Of a DNA stretch of 64,000 nt, positions 38,184 through 48,006 are shown piece by piece. The DNA lies in the NCBI GenBank assembly GCA_944364615.1, contig CALVWF010000010.1:1388-65387 (forward strand), in the 5' to 3' direction. The notes beneath the pieces are model-generated. The model was not told where the DNA came from, searched no databases, and worked only from the letters and a program-made list of their open reading frames with translations. The number at the start of each line of letters is the position of its first letter. The stretch's first letter is position 1. The position numbers and the translations under genes were made by a program. The DNA comes from an uncultured Clostridia bacterium (GTDB lineage: Bacteria > Bacillota > Clostridia > Christensenellales > CAG-314).

Positions 38184-40702
38184 AAAAAGAACAGTTACCC
38201 GACAACAAAGACGACAGCCTCGAAAACAACGGGCAAGGTGCGTTGAATAAAAAGAAGTTGCGCAACGTTCCGGACATTTCGTTAGCGGAACGTTTTGACG
38301 TGCCCTTTAATCAAGGGCTGACCGCTCTTCAGGTCGAACAGCGTACGGAAGAAGGATACGTCAACGTCGATACTACCAAAAAAGGCAAGAGTATCGCACG
38401 CATAGTGTTGGGCAACATTTTTACGTTTTTCAACATCATTTACATTCTGATAGCCTCTGTACTGATTGCCTACGGACAGTTCAGCAACAGTATGTTTATA
38501 CTGATAATAGTCGTCAATACGGCAATTGCAATCATTCAGGAAATAAAGGCTAAAAAGACGCTGGACAAACTTAATCTCGTCACCGTGCCTCACGTGACTG
38601 TTGTGCGTGACGGCGAACGCAGGGAAATAGGCGTGGACGAACTGGTGCTTGATGACATAATCATTGTGGAAAACGGCGCGCAGATAAGTGCCGACAGCAT
38701 TGTGGCGGAAGGTATGGTGGAAGTAAACGAGTCCATTCTCACCGGCGAAAGTGAAGGCGTTACCAAACGCCCGGGAGATACGTTGTTTGCGGGAAGTTTT
38801 GTCGTGTCGGGCAAATGCAGTGCCAAAGTGGACAAGGTGGGCAAATTTAACTACATTGCCAGTCTTACCGGGCAGGCACGCAAATACCGCAAGCCCAATT
38901 CGCAGATACTTCGCGCGCTGAAAAGCGTTCTGGTTTTTGTTGCAATAATCATTATTCCCACGGCAGTGTGTCTGTGGACGATAAATTACAAGGCATTTAC
39001 AGCCAATCCGCCGTCGGGACAGGATGTGTTTATAGCCACCTTGAACAAAACGGCAGGATCGATAATTTCAATGATACCTGCGGGGCCTTTCCTGCTTACA
39101 AGCGTCGCTTTGGCGGTATCTTTCGTAAAACTTGCCAGACGCAAGACAATGGTGCAGGAACTCTATTGTATAGAAATGCTTGCACGCGTCGACTGCCTGT
39201 GTCTTGACAAGACGGGTACAATCACCGACGGCACAATGCGTGTGGTGGAAACCGTCGATCTGCGCACCGGAAACAACAGCCTGACTTTAAAGGAAATAAT
39301 GGGCAGTATGAACAGTGCTTTAAAGGAAGGCAACATGACGGGAAAAGCGCTTAAAAAGTATTTCGGTTCTCCGAGAAATCCCGTTCTCGAAAGCGTAATG
39401 ACTCTTCCCTTCAACAGCACGCGAAAGATGTCTGCTGTCGCATTCAAGGGAAACGGTACGTATTTTCTCGGCGCGCCCGAATTCGTTTTGCGCAACAGCA
39501 ATTCAAGAGTCAACGACCTTGTGGCAAAATATGCCGAGCAGGGATTGCGTGTGCTTCTGTTGGCTCATTCTTCCACCGGCGTTTCGGAAGACGGTAAACT
39601 ACCCTCCGTTCGCCGTCCCATTGCGGTAATAGTAATCGAAGATACAATACGTTCCGACGCCGAACAGACAATAAAATGGTTTAAAGGCAACAACGTGGAA
39701 GTAAAAGTCATCAGCGGCGACAACCCTATGACTGTGTCGTTTATAGCGGGCAGAGTGGGAGTGCCCAATGCAAACCGTTACATCAGCCTTGAGGGAATGA
39801 GCGACAAAGAGGTGCTGGAATGTGCCTGCGAATACACGGTGTTCGGTCGTGTAAGTCCCGATCAGAAAGCGTTGCTTGTCAAAGCGCTTAAAAACAGCGG
39901 CAAGACCGTTGCAATGACCGGTGACGGCGTAAACGATATACTTGCGATGAAACAGTCAGACTGTTCTATAAGCCTTGCCGGCGGTAGCGACGCCGCAAGA
40001 AACGTGGCGCACCTGATACTTATGAACGACAGTTTTTCCGCACTTAAAGACGTTGTAGCGGAGGGCAGAAGGGTCGTAAACAATATTCAGAGCGCGACGT
40101 CGATGTATTTTATGAAGACGATTTACATCATCTTTATAAATCTGATGCTGATTGTGTGCAATCTTGCATTCAATCTTGTGATGACAACTCCCTTCGAAAG
40201 TATACAGATAATGCTTTTGGAAACGGTGATAGTGGGAATTCCCACAACGCTGCTGGCATTGCAACCCAATCACGAGATCATCAAGGGAAACTTCCTTGCC
40301 AACGTGATGAGGCGTGCAGCCCCCAGTGCATTGACGTTTATTATAGGAACGGTGTCCCTTTACGTAATGCGTGAAACGTTAATGCCCGATATGTCGCTTA
40401 CCGCATTGTCCACGCTTATTGCACTTACCTACACGGCAGGGGGACTGTCATCGCTGTTCCAGGCATGCAAACCCTTCAATCTGTGGCGCGGCGTTATGTT
40501 CGCAATCGTTGCTGTGGTTGTGGTGTTTGCTATAGTGCTTTTCCCCGATTTCTGGCACTACGACACCGACCTTTCGCTTGCCGAATGGTTGTTGCTTGCA
40601 CTGGAACTGGTGGCTATATGGCCTTTGACTACTATATCTTACAGACTGTTTGCAATACGTTTGCCCCGAGATAAAAAACGCAGGTCGGCACGTAATGCTT
40701 GA
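38180..40702 (+). CDS. P-type cation-transporting ATPase (CtpE-like)
   Basis: 'LTGES', 'DKTGT', 'GAPE', 'ISGDNP', 'FGRVSP', 'TGDGVND'. Confidence 0.9.
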   Translation: MKKEQLPDNKDDSLENNGQGALNKKKLRNVPDISLAERFDVPFNQGLTALQVEQRTEEGYVNVDTTKKGKSIARIVLGNIFTFFNIIYILIASVLIAYGQFSNSMFILIIVVNTAIAIIQEIKAKKTLDKLNLVTVPHVTVVRDGERREIGVDELVLDDIIIVENGAQISADSIVAEGMVEVNESILTGESEGVTKRPGDTLFAGSFVVSGKCSAKVDKVGKFNYIASLTGQARKYRKPNSQILRALKSVLVFVAIIIIPTAVCLWTINYKAFTANPPSGQDVFIATLNKTAGSIISMIPAGPFLLTSVALAVSFVKLARRKTMVQELYCIEMLARVDCLCLDKTGTITDGTMRVVETVDLRTGNNSLTLKEIMGSMNSALKEGNMTGKALKKYFGSPRNPVLESVMTLPFNSTRKMSAVAFKGNGTYFLGAPEFVLRNSNSRVNDLVAKYAEQGLRVLLLAHSSTGVSEDGKLPSVRRPIAVIVIEDTIRSDAEQTIKWFKGNNVEVKVISGDNPMTVSFIAGRVGVPNANRYISLEGMSDKEVLECACEYTVFGRVSPDQKALLVKALKNSGKTVAMTGDGVNDILAMKQSDCSISLAGGSDAARNVAHLILMNDSFSALKDVVAEGRRVVNNIQSATSMYFMKTIYIIFINLMLIVCNLAFNLVMTTPFESIQIMLLETVIVGIPTTLLALQPNHEIIKGNFLANVMRRAAPSALTFIIGTVSLYVMRETLMPDMSLTALSTLIALTYTAGGLSSLFQACKPFNLWRGVMFAIVAVVVVFAIVLFPDFWHYDTDLSLAEWLLLALELVAIWPLTTISYRLFAIRLPRDKKRRSARNA

Positions 40703-40762
40703 TAAATCGAAGCCTGCGTATCTGTTTTGTGATGCGCAGGCTGTTTCATTTTCGGAGTCACA

Positions 40763-42649
40763 ATGTTACTTCAATTAAAAAACGCCGTTTTTCATTACGG
40801 AGACAATCTTCATCCCGTTTTCAGCAATGTCAATTTAGAAATAAACGAAGGGGACAGAATAGGGCTTGTCGGCGACAACGGAATAGGCAAAAGCACTTTG
40901 CTCAACTGTATGTGCGGAGTGTACCGACTGGCAGAGGGTGAGTTGTACAGAAAAAACAACAGTACGATAGGATACCTGAAACAAAATGCCGACTTAGTTT
41001 CCTCCCGAACCGTTTACGAAGAACTGTCTTCGGTCTTTGACGACTGCAAGAAAGTACTTTCGGACATTCACGACGTCAGTCGGCAGTTGTCTTCCGCCGT
41101 CTGGCGCGAGTACGATGTGCTGTCGCAAAAATATCAACGGTTGCTGGATGTCGCCAACGCCTGCGAGGCGTACGACGTGGACGTAAAGGTGGCGACCGTC
41201 ATCAACGGAATGGGGCTGGGCTCATTTACGGACAGTGTGGTGGACACTTTGTCGGGTGGCGAAAAGACCAAGGTCGCATTGTGCAAACTGCTGTTGTCTC
41301 GTCCCGACCTCATGGTGTTGGACGAACCTACCAATCACCTTGACTACAAGACGTTGGACTGGTTGGAAGATTTTTTAAGTCAGAGCAAATGCGCTTTCGT
41401 GGTAGTTTCGCACGACAGATTCTTTCTCGACAGACTGTGCAACAAAATTTGGGATGCAAACGACGGTCTGTACTGCTACAACGGCAACTACACATCGTTT
41501 GTCCGACAAAAGGATTTGCGCCGTTCCACACTGCAGAAACAGGCTGACAAGCAACAGAAAGAAATAGACAAACTGACCGATTATATTGCGCGAAACAAGG
41601 TGCGTGCGTCTACTGCCAATATGGCGAAATCACGCGAAAAACAGTTGGAAAAAATTCAGCCCGTAAAGTTGGTTGCAAAGGACGCGTTGCCGCCGCTGTT
41701 CCGTTTCGAATTTACCGTACAGCCGGTAAAAGACGTTCTGACGGTCAAGGATTTCAGCGTAACTTTCGACAAACGTACGGTACTTGACTCGCTTAATCTG
41801 CACATAACCCGAGGGGAAAAAGTCGCGCTTATAGGACTCAACGGAACGGGCAAGTCCACATTGCTTCGCCGTATAGCGGGCGGCTTTGCCGCAGGACAGG
41901 GTAAAATAGTGCTCGGCGCAAATGTACGAATGGGATTTTACGACCAGGAAAACCTCAATTTGCAACCGCAGTTGAGAGTTCTCGATCAATTGTGGTTTGA
42001 CAATACGCGTATGAGTCAGACGGAAGTGCGTTCGCTTCTTGCCAAGGTACGCCTCGGCGCGGACGACATTGACAAGCACGTCGGCGATCTGTCGGGAGGC
42101 GAAAGGGCAAGACTTGCTCTTGCAATGCTTATGGCGAAAGACAACAACTTTCTCGTGTTGGACGAACCTACCAATCACCTTGATTTGTCTTCGAGAGAAT
42201 CGCTGGAAAACGCGCTTGTGGAATATCAGGGCACAATACTGTTTGTGTCTCACGACAGATACTTTATCAACAAAATAGCGGGCAAGGTGGACGTTTTGCA
42301 GGACGGCAGAATAACTGAGTACAGCGGCAACTACGACAGTTACCTTCAACAGTCCCGAAAGGAAAAACAGCAGGCGGAATCGGCAAACAACGTCACGCCC
42401 GTCGTCACGAAGGGATACCGTTCGCCCAAACAGCGCGCGTTGGAAACAAATTTAAAAGCACGACTAAAAGCCGTCGAACAAAGCCTTGTGGAAATGGAAC
42501 GCGAAGAACAGAAACTCAATGCCTTGCTTGTGGAACAGGCAGCCGACTACAATCTTTACAGACAAACGGCGGAGCAGTTGGAACAACTGGAACAAAAGTA
42601 TCAAAAGGCAATGGAGGAGTGGGAGCAATTATCCCTGCAGTTGCAGTAA
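40763..42649 (+). CDS. ABC-F family ATPase
   Basis: Two NBDs (GKST, LSGGE, DEPTNHLD twice), a linker, a C-terminal coiled coil and no TM segments. Confidence 0.92.
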   Translation: MLLQLKNAVFHYGDNLHPVFSNVNLEINEGDRIGLVGDNGIGKSTLLNCMCGVYRLAEGELYRKNNSTIGYLKQNADLVSSRTVYEELSSVFDDCKKVLSDIHDVSRQLSSAVWREYDVLSQKYQRLLDVANACEAYDVDVKVATVINGMGLGSFTDSVVDTLSGGEKTKVALCKLLLSRPDLMVLDEPTNHLDYKTLDWLEDFLSQSKCAFVVVSHDRFFLDRLCNKIWDANDGLYCYNGNYTSFVRQKDLRRSTLQKQADKQQKEIDKLTDYIARNKVRASTANMAKSREKQLEKIQPVKLVAKDALPPLFRFEFTVQPVKDVLTVKDFSVTFDKRTVLDSLNLHITRGEKVALIGLNGTGKSTLLRRIAGGFAAGQGKIVLGANVRMGFYDQENLNLQPQLRVLDQLWFDNTRMSQTEVRSLLAKVRLGADDIDKHVGDLSGGERARLALAMLMAKDNNFLVLDEPTNHLDLSSRESLENALVEYQGTILFVSHDRYFINKIAGKVDVLQDGRITEYSGNYDSYLQQSRKEKQQAESANNVTPVVTKGYRSPKQRALETNLKARLKAVEQSLVEMEREEQKLNALLVEQAADYNLYRQTAEQLEQLEQKYQKAMEEWEQLSLQLQ

Positions 42650-42699
42650 ATTTTTAAAAACTGTTTACAACGTAACAAAAAATATTGTATAATGTAAAA

Positions 42700-43410
42700 A
42701 TGAAAATTGTTCTTATTACGGGAGCGTCACGAGGTATAGGCGCGGAAACGGCAAGGGTGTTTGCGGAAAACGGCTTCACCGTACTGATAAATTACAACAA
42801 ATCGGAGCAGAACGCCCGTCTGTTGCAGGACAGTCTGGTACAGAGGGGGTATGACGCGCATCTTCTGCGCGCAGACGTTTCGGACACGGCGCAAGTGGAA
42901 AAAATGTTTGCCGAAATACAGCGTTTTTACAAAAAACTGGACGTTGTGGTAAACAATGCCGGAGTTGCGCTGTACAGTCAGATACAGGATGTTACGGACA
43001 GTCAGTACGACGAGGTGATGAACGTCAACTGCAAGGGGATGTTTGCCGTTTGCCGTGAAGCAAGCAAAATGTTTTTGAAGCGTATGCAGGGAAGCATTGT
43101 CAATATATCTTCCGTGTGGGGGCTTAAAGGCGCCGCTTGCGAAAGCGTTTATTCCATGAGTAAATTTGCCGCGGTAGGTCTTACGTTGTCTTTGCATGAA
43201 GAACTGAACGATTCGGGCATATGCGTCAATTGTGTGTGTCCGCCCATCGTGCGTACAGAGATGACGTCGCATTTGTCCGACGAGGACGTAGCGGAGTTTA
43301 CTCTGAGGTTCGGTGTTCCTCTTATAACGGCGCGACAGGCCGCGCAAAAGATATACGAAGTCGCTCTGTCGGGGGAAAGCGGAAAAATAACAGACAATTT
43401 CGGAGGTTGA
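42700..43410 (+). CDS. SDR oxidoreductase (FabG/YmfI-like)
   Basis: 'TGASRGIG', 'NNAG', 'YSMSK' catalytic motif. Confidence 0.9.
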   Translation: MKIVLITGASRGIGAETARVFAENGFTVLINYNKSEQNARLLQDSLVQRGYDAHLLRADVSDTAQVEKMFAEIQRFYKKLDVVVNNAGVALYSQIQDVTDSQYDEVMNVNCKGMFAVCREASKMFLKRMQGSIVNISSVWGLKGAACESVYSMSKFAAVGLTLSLHEELNDSGICVNCVCPPIVRTEMTSHLSDEDVAEFTLRFGVPLITARQAAQKIYEVALSGESGKITDNFGG

Positions 43411-43416
43411 ACAAAT

Positions 43417-44379
43417 ATGTTGTGGTACCAGGTATTACAGATAGTTTTGGCGGTACTTGCCGTATTACTTGTACTTTATATTGTCGGAGCGAACATTGTC
43501 GCTTACGGTGTGCTGAAAAAGATAATCAAACCGAAAAAACGCAGTCTTGAAACTTCGAGGGGACAGCAGATCAAGGAAACGGGACTGGATTTCGACCAAC
43601 TGGAAAAGGAGTGGGACAGACATCCTTTTACGGTAAAAACTGCTGACGGACTTACATTGAACGGCATCTACATATTGAATTCAACGGAAAGTAAGCCTGC
43701 AAAAGTGGCAATAGTAGTGCACGGACATACTGCCAACTACATGCACTCTTACAAATACGCAACGATTTTTGTCAAGTCGGGATACAATGTGGTGATGTAC
43801 AACAGCAGATATTTCGGTGATTCCGAAGGAGAATTCGATACGCTGGGACAGCGCGAGTCGGAAGATCTTTCTCTGGTAATCGATTTTGCACGCAGTCAGT
43901 TCGGACAGGATTGCTACATCGCTTTGCACGGCGAATCCATGGGGGCTGCAACTGTATTGCTGGAAACGGCTGTCAGATCGGACATAGCCATGGTAGTGGC
44001 GGATTGTCCTTTTTCCAACAGCGAAAAATTGTATTACGATCTGATGAAGAAAAAGACGCCATATCCGGTAAGTTTCTTGTGCAGGCTTACCTCGTTGTAC
44101 GGAAGAAAATACGGCTACGACCTTTATAAGGTCAATCCGATAGACGCAGTGAAGAAAACCGATATACCCATTTTGCTTATACACGGTCAGGCGGACGACT
44201 TTATACCTCCGTATCACAGTCGTTCTATGGCGGCGGTTCTGCGCAATCCGGAAAGCAAACTTGTGGAATTTCCCGCGGCGAGACACGCATGCAGTTTTTA
44301 TACGGACAGCGCGCGCTACACCGAAGTTGTTTCGCAATTTGTCAAACGTATCGAACAATTAAGTTATAAAGGAGAATAG
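43417..44379 (+). CDS. Membrane-anchored alpha/beta hydrolase
   Basis: N-terminal TM, 'HGESMG', 'IHGQADDFIP'. Confidence 0.88.
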   Translation: MLWYQVLQIVLAVLAVLLVLYIVGANIVAYGVLKKIIKPKKRSLETSRGQQIKETGLDFDQLEKEWDRHPFTVKTADGLTLNGIYILNSTESKPAKVAIVVHGHTANYMHSYKYATIFVKSGYNVVMYNSRYFGDSEGEFDTLGQRESEDLSLVIDFARSQFGQDCYIALHGESMGAATVLLETAVRSDIAMVVADCPFSNSEKLYYDLMKKKTPYPVSFLCRLTSLYGRKYGYDLYKVNPIDAVKKTDIPILLIHGQADDFIPPYHSRSMAAVLRNPESKLVEFPAARHACSFYTDSARYTEVVSQFVKRIEQLSYKGE

Positions 44380-44383
44380 TTTT

Positions 44384-46060
44384 ATGGTAAAGGTTTCTCA
44401 GTTGAAGTATGAAAGACCGGACAAAGAAGAGGTAATAACGTCACTCAAAAAATTCAAGCACGACTTTGACAGCGCATCGTCAGTAGGAGAGTTTTTAAAG
44501 GTACATCAACGGTACAAACAGTTCTGTCTGGATCTTTACACAAATATAAGCCTTGCGGAAATACGTTTTACGCAAGATACGCGCGACGAATTTTTTGCCA
44601 AGGAAAAAGATCACCTCGACGAAATAGTGCCGGAAATAACCGTTTACAGTGCGGAAATTGCCAAGTGCTATCTCAACGGCAAATTCCGTGCGGAGTTGGA
44701 AAAAGTATTCCCTCTTGTAATGTTTAAGAATCTTCAGTTACAGGCGGACAGCAACAGTCCTCTGATTGTTGAAGACAAGGTGGAACAAAACAAACTCGTG
44801 ACCGCCTATACCAATCTTATGAGCAACGTCGTGGTGGATTTTAACGGTGAAAAACTTCCTCTCAGCGGACTTGCCAAATACTATTCCTCTCCTGACAGAG
44901 AAATTCGCAAACAGGCTTACGTCAAGTTGGGCGAAGTGCTGGTGGAAAAGGGCGCTCAGTTGGATGAAATTTACGACAAACTGGTGGAAATTCGCACCCG
45001 TATGGGACGTAAGATGGGGTTTGACAACTTCTCTCCCTTGGGATACATGATGATGCAGCGCAACTGCTACGACAAGCAGGATATAGCCAAATTCCGTGCT
45101 AACGTAAAGAAATACATTGTTCCTCTTACAGTCAAGATCAGAAATAAAGTCGCCGAAAAGATGGGCTGGGACAAGCAGTACCTTTACGACTTCAACGTAT
45201 TTACCGAGGAAGAACCCAAACCGTACGGAAGTGCGGAGGAAATATTCCGCAAAGCCTCTGAAATGTACAACGAAATGTCTCCTGAAACGGGCAAGATTTT
45301 CGACATGATGGTGGATTCGGAATGTTTCGACTATATGAGCCGCGAAGGCAAGTGGGGCGGCGGTTACTGCACGACATTGCCCAAGTACAGATTGCCCTTT
45401 ATACTGTCCAACTTCAACGGTTCGGCGGGGGACATTGACGTGCTGACTCACGAGTTCGGACACGCCTTCGAGGCTTACAAGGAATTTGACATTGACAGCA
45501 GTTTCCTGTCATCCATTTCAATGGAAACGGCGGAAGTTCACTCTATGTCTATGGAATTTCTTGCTTATCCTTGGCTGGACAAATTTTTCAAGGACAAAAC
45601 GGAGGCCTACAAGTTCTACCACATCGGAAGCGCCGTTACATTTATTCCCTACGGTACGATTGTCGATTACTTCCAGCAAAATTGCTACGACAATCCGGGA
45701 ATGACTCCTTCTCAGCGCAACGAAATGTTCAACATGATGGAAAAGGAATTTATTCCTTATATGAGTACCGAAGGTTTGCCGGGAATCGAAAAGGGCAGAA
45801 GATGGCAACGCCAGGCGCACATTTACGAAAGTCCCTTCTATTACATCGATTACTGCCTTGCGCAGTTTACGGCATTGCAGTTCCTTGCGCTGTCGCAACA
45901 GGATTACAAGTCTACATTTGACAAATATGTCAAGTTTGTAAGTCTCGGTTGCACCAAGTCGTTTGTAGAATTGCTTAAAGACTGCGACTTGTACAGTCCG
46001 TTCGAAGAACAGTCCTTCAAAATCGTCGTAAAAGCAGTGGAAAAAATACTTTCGCTTTGA
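44384..46060 (+). CDS. M3-family oligoendopeptidase
   Basis: 'HEFGH' zinc motif, 'AEVHSMSME', 'PFYYIDY'. Confidence 0.92.
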   Translation: MVKVSQLKYERPDKEEVITSLKKFKHDFDSASSVGEFLKVHQRYKQFCLDLYTNISLAEIRFTQDTRDEFFAKEKDHLDEIVPEITVYSAEIAKCYLNGKFRAELEKVFPLVMFKNLQLQADSNSPLIVEDKVEQNKLVTAYTNLMSNVVVDFNGEKLPLSGLAKYYSSPDREIRKQAYVKLGEVLVEKGAQLDEIYDKLVEIRTRMGRKMGFDNFSPLGYMMMQRNCYDKQDIAKFRANVKKYIVPLTVKIRNKVAEKMGWDKQYLYDFNVFTEEEPKPYGSAEEIFRKASEMYNEMSPETGKIFDMMVDSECFDYMSREGKWGGGYCTTLPKYRLPFILSNFNGSAGDIDVLTHEFGHAFEAYKEFDIDSSFLSSISMETAEVHSMSMEFLAYPWLDKFFKDKTEAYKFYHIGSAVTFIPYGTIVDYFQQNCYDNPGMTPSQRNEMFNMMEKEFIPYMSTEGLPGIEKGRRWQRQAHIYESPFYYIDYCLAQFTALQFLALSQQDYKSTFDKYVKFVSLGCTKSFVELLKDCDLYSPFEEQSFKIVVKAVEKILSL

Positions 46061-46101
46061 TTTTCAGTTGAATGGTATCTGAAAATTATACCACGTGATA
46101 C

Positions 46102-46167
46102 AAAAAAACGCTTTATCTCAATTTGCCTTGCAAAGCGCACGGGCGAAAAGATAAAGCGTTTTTTTCT
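46102..46167. terminator. Long bidirectional inverted repeat between convergent genes
   Basis: AAAAAACGCTTTATCT / AGATAAAGCGTTTTTT. Confidence 0.7.
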
Positions 46168-46212
46168 ATTCGTTCACTTACGAATAGGTGACGTTTGGCA
46201 AACTAAGTTTTT

Positions 46213-46650
46213 TTACAGTTCTATTTCCGGAAGTATATGGGGCAGAGGCAGCATTTCCGTAGGAAGATAGGGCAAAGGAGCGGGTATTCTGCTCAGTCTG
46301 TCCAGCAACTTTTCTATGTGCTGCTGTTTTTCTTCTTCAGGCATCTGATTTATTTTTTCTATTTCACGGTAAACGCGCACATTGTTAGTGACCACTATAT
46401 GTTCTGCGTCCGTTTCCTTTTTTACAGTTTCGGCAATTTGCTGTTTGAGTTGTGCGTATTGAGACTTTGTCGTGACGTTTTCGGTGTCTATCGCTACAAC
46501 GCACAACTTGCCGTATTGCAGTACCTGTGCCTTTTTAACGTGTTCGATGTTGTTTATGAGTGTCTCTATATTTTCCCCCGCATTTGCCATTACAGGCGTC
46601 AGAAGCGTAAACATCGCTATCAGCGCAAACATCATAAGTATTTTCTTCAT
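46213..46650 (-). CDS. YhcN/YlaJ-like sporulation protein (secreted)
   Basis: 'IEHVKKAQVL...VVAID...IAETVKK...VVTNN...YREI' pattern. Signal peptide present. Confidence 0.6.
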   Translation of the reverse strand: MKKILMMFALIAMFTLLTPVMANAGENIETLINNIEHVKKAQVLQYGKLCVVAIDTENVTTKSQYAQLKQQIAETVKKETDAEHIVVTNNVRVYREIEKINQMPEEEKQQHIEKLLDRLSRIPAPLPYLPTEMLPLPHILPEIEL

Positions 46651-46678
46651 AGCATTTCTCCTTTTGTTTGTTCTGTGG

Positions 46679-46707
46679 TAGTTTAGGTAATTGTAGACTT
46701 TTTATAC
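46679..46707 (-). promoter_or_regulatory. Forespore sigma-G/F-like promoter
   Basis: GTATA-N17-TAAACTA on the minus strand. Confidence 0.55.
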
Positions 46708-46766
46708 ATTTATTTTACAATTTGTTACAGTGACGCTGTTGTACTGTTTAGCGGGAGGTGAGTGAC

Positions 46767-46949
46767 ATGCAACAGATTTTACCGCTTGTTACCGTGTGTG
46801 CAACTTTGCTTGCCGTATGTCTTGCCTATCTGACTTACGTATTTGTCAGACACTTAAAAAAGGCTCGTCGTAACAAAACGGAACAGTATGTTTACGAAGA
46901 CGAAGAGGTGCTTACCGTCGATCTGTCTCAACTTAAACGTAAGTCGTAA
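46767..46949 (+). CDS. Small single-pass membrane protein (60 aa)
   Basis: Strong SD GGGAGGTG. One TM followed by a basic and then acidic tail. Confidence 0.6.
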   Translation: MQQILPLVTVCATLLAVCLAYLTYVFVRHLKKARRNKTEQYVYEDEEVLTVDLSQLKRKS

Positions 46950-47021
46950 AGGGTATTGACTACACGGCGTTTAAATGGTATAATAAACGGGAATTTTATT
47001 GTATCGGGAGGTACTGAAGAT

Positions 47022-47681
47022 ATGAAGAAAAGTGAAATTGCAGGTATGATAGACCACACTCTGCTGAAACCTGCCAAGAAAAGCCAGATACGTCAACTGT
47101 GCGAAGAAGCGTTAAAATACAGTTTTGCGTCCGTTTGCGTTCAGCCAGACTATGTAAAGGCTTGCGCCAAGTTGCTCGAAGGTTCGAATGTAAAAATTTG
47201 CACCGTTATAGGATTCCCTCTCGGGGAAAACACGACGGCAACTAAAGTTTTCGAGACCAAAAACGCTATAAAGAACGGCGCAACGGAAATAGATATGGTT
47301 TTAAATCAGTCATGGGCTAAAGGCAACGAATGGAAAAAGGTGGAAAAGGAAATCGCCTCGGTTGTTAAGGCAGCGGCAGGAAAAACCGTCAAGGTCATTC
47401 TGGAAACGTGCAACCTCAACGACAAACAGATTGTCAAGGCATGCGAAGCGTCCGTAAACGCCAAGGCCACATTCGTAAAGACAAGCACAGGTTTCGGTTC
47501 GGGCGGAGCAAAGGCTGCCGATGTAGCGCTCATGAATTCCGTCGTCGCCGAACACGGACTGAAAGTTAAAGCGAGCGGCGGAGTTCGTACCTACAAAGAC
47601 GCGATGGACATGATTGCAAACGGCGCTTCCCGTATCGGAACAAGCAACGGTATTGCAATAGTGGAAGGTGCGGAAGACTGA
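47022..47681 (+). CDS. deoC: Deoxyribose-phosphate aldolase
   Basis: 'IDHTLLKP', 'TVIGFPLG', 'EIDMV', 'KVILET', 'FVKTSTGF', 'KASGG'. Confidence 0.97.
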   Translation: MKKSEIAGMIDHTLLKPAKKSQIRQLCEEALKYSFASVCVQPDYVKACAKLLEGSNVKICTVIGFPLGENTTATKVFETKNAIKNGATEIDMVLNQSWAKGNEWKKVEKEIASVVKAAAGKTVKVILETCNLNDKQIVKACEASVNAKATFVKTSTGFGSGGAKAADVALMNSVVAEHGLKVKASGGVRTYKDAMDMIANGASRIGTSNGIAIVEGAED

Positions 47682-47782
47682 CGGCATTTTTAATTAAAAA
47701 CAGCGTTAAAATTGTTGCAATTGAATGACTGTTGTGCTATCATATAGGCGGTTGGAACAACCGACCGAAATTTAATATTTAC

Positions 47783-47897
47783 ATTCTTTGGGGCGTGGTG
47801 CAATTCCACACCGATAGTTAAAGTCTATGAACAACCTTTGGGTTGCCGAGCAGGTGAAATTCCTGCACCGACAGTACAGTCTGGATGGGAAAAGAAT
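47783..47897 (+). ncRNA. FMN riboswitch (RFN element)
   Basis: GGGGCGTGGTGCAATTCCACACCG...GGTGAAATTCC...CCGACAGTACAGTCTGGATGGGAAAAGAAT, lying upstream of an ECF S-component gene. Confidence 0.95.
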
Positions 47898-47946
47898 CGT
47901 AATGATACAGTCTTGCCTTTACAAGGCGTTTGAACCGTGTCATTTT

Positions 47947-47976
47947 GCCCCGATTTTTTCGGGGCATTTTCTTTTT
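47947..47976 (+). terminator. Riboswitch expression-platform terminator
   Basis: GCCCCGA / TCGGGGC stem followed by a U-rich tract, between the aptamer and ribU. Confidence 0.8.
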
Positions 47977-48006
47977 CTTGTACTCACAAGAATAAAGGAG
48001 AGTATC

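Noticed and set aside
47783-47897. FMN riboswitch differences from consensus (for example AUAG/CUAU in P3) as a possible altered-ligand variant
   Set aside because: The changes are compensatory stem substitutions, the conserved junction sequences look canonical, and the downstream gene is a riboflavin transporter.
47827-48006. N-terminal extension of ribU in the ORF track
   Set aside because: It overlaps the riboswitch and terminator. The real start with an SD is at 48007.
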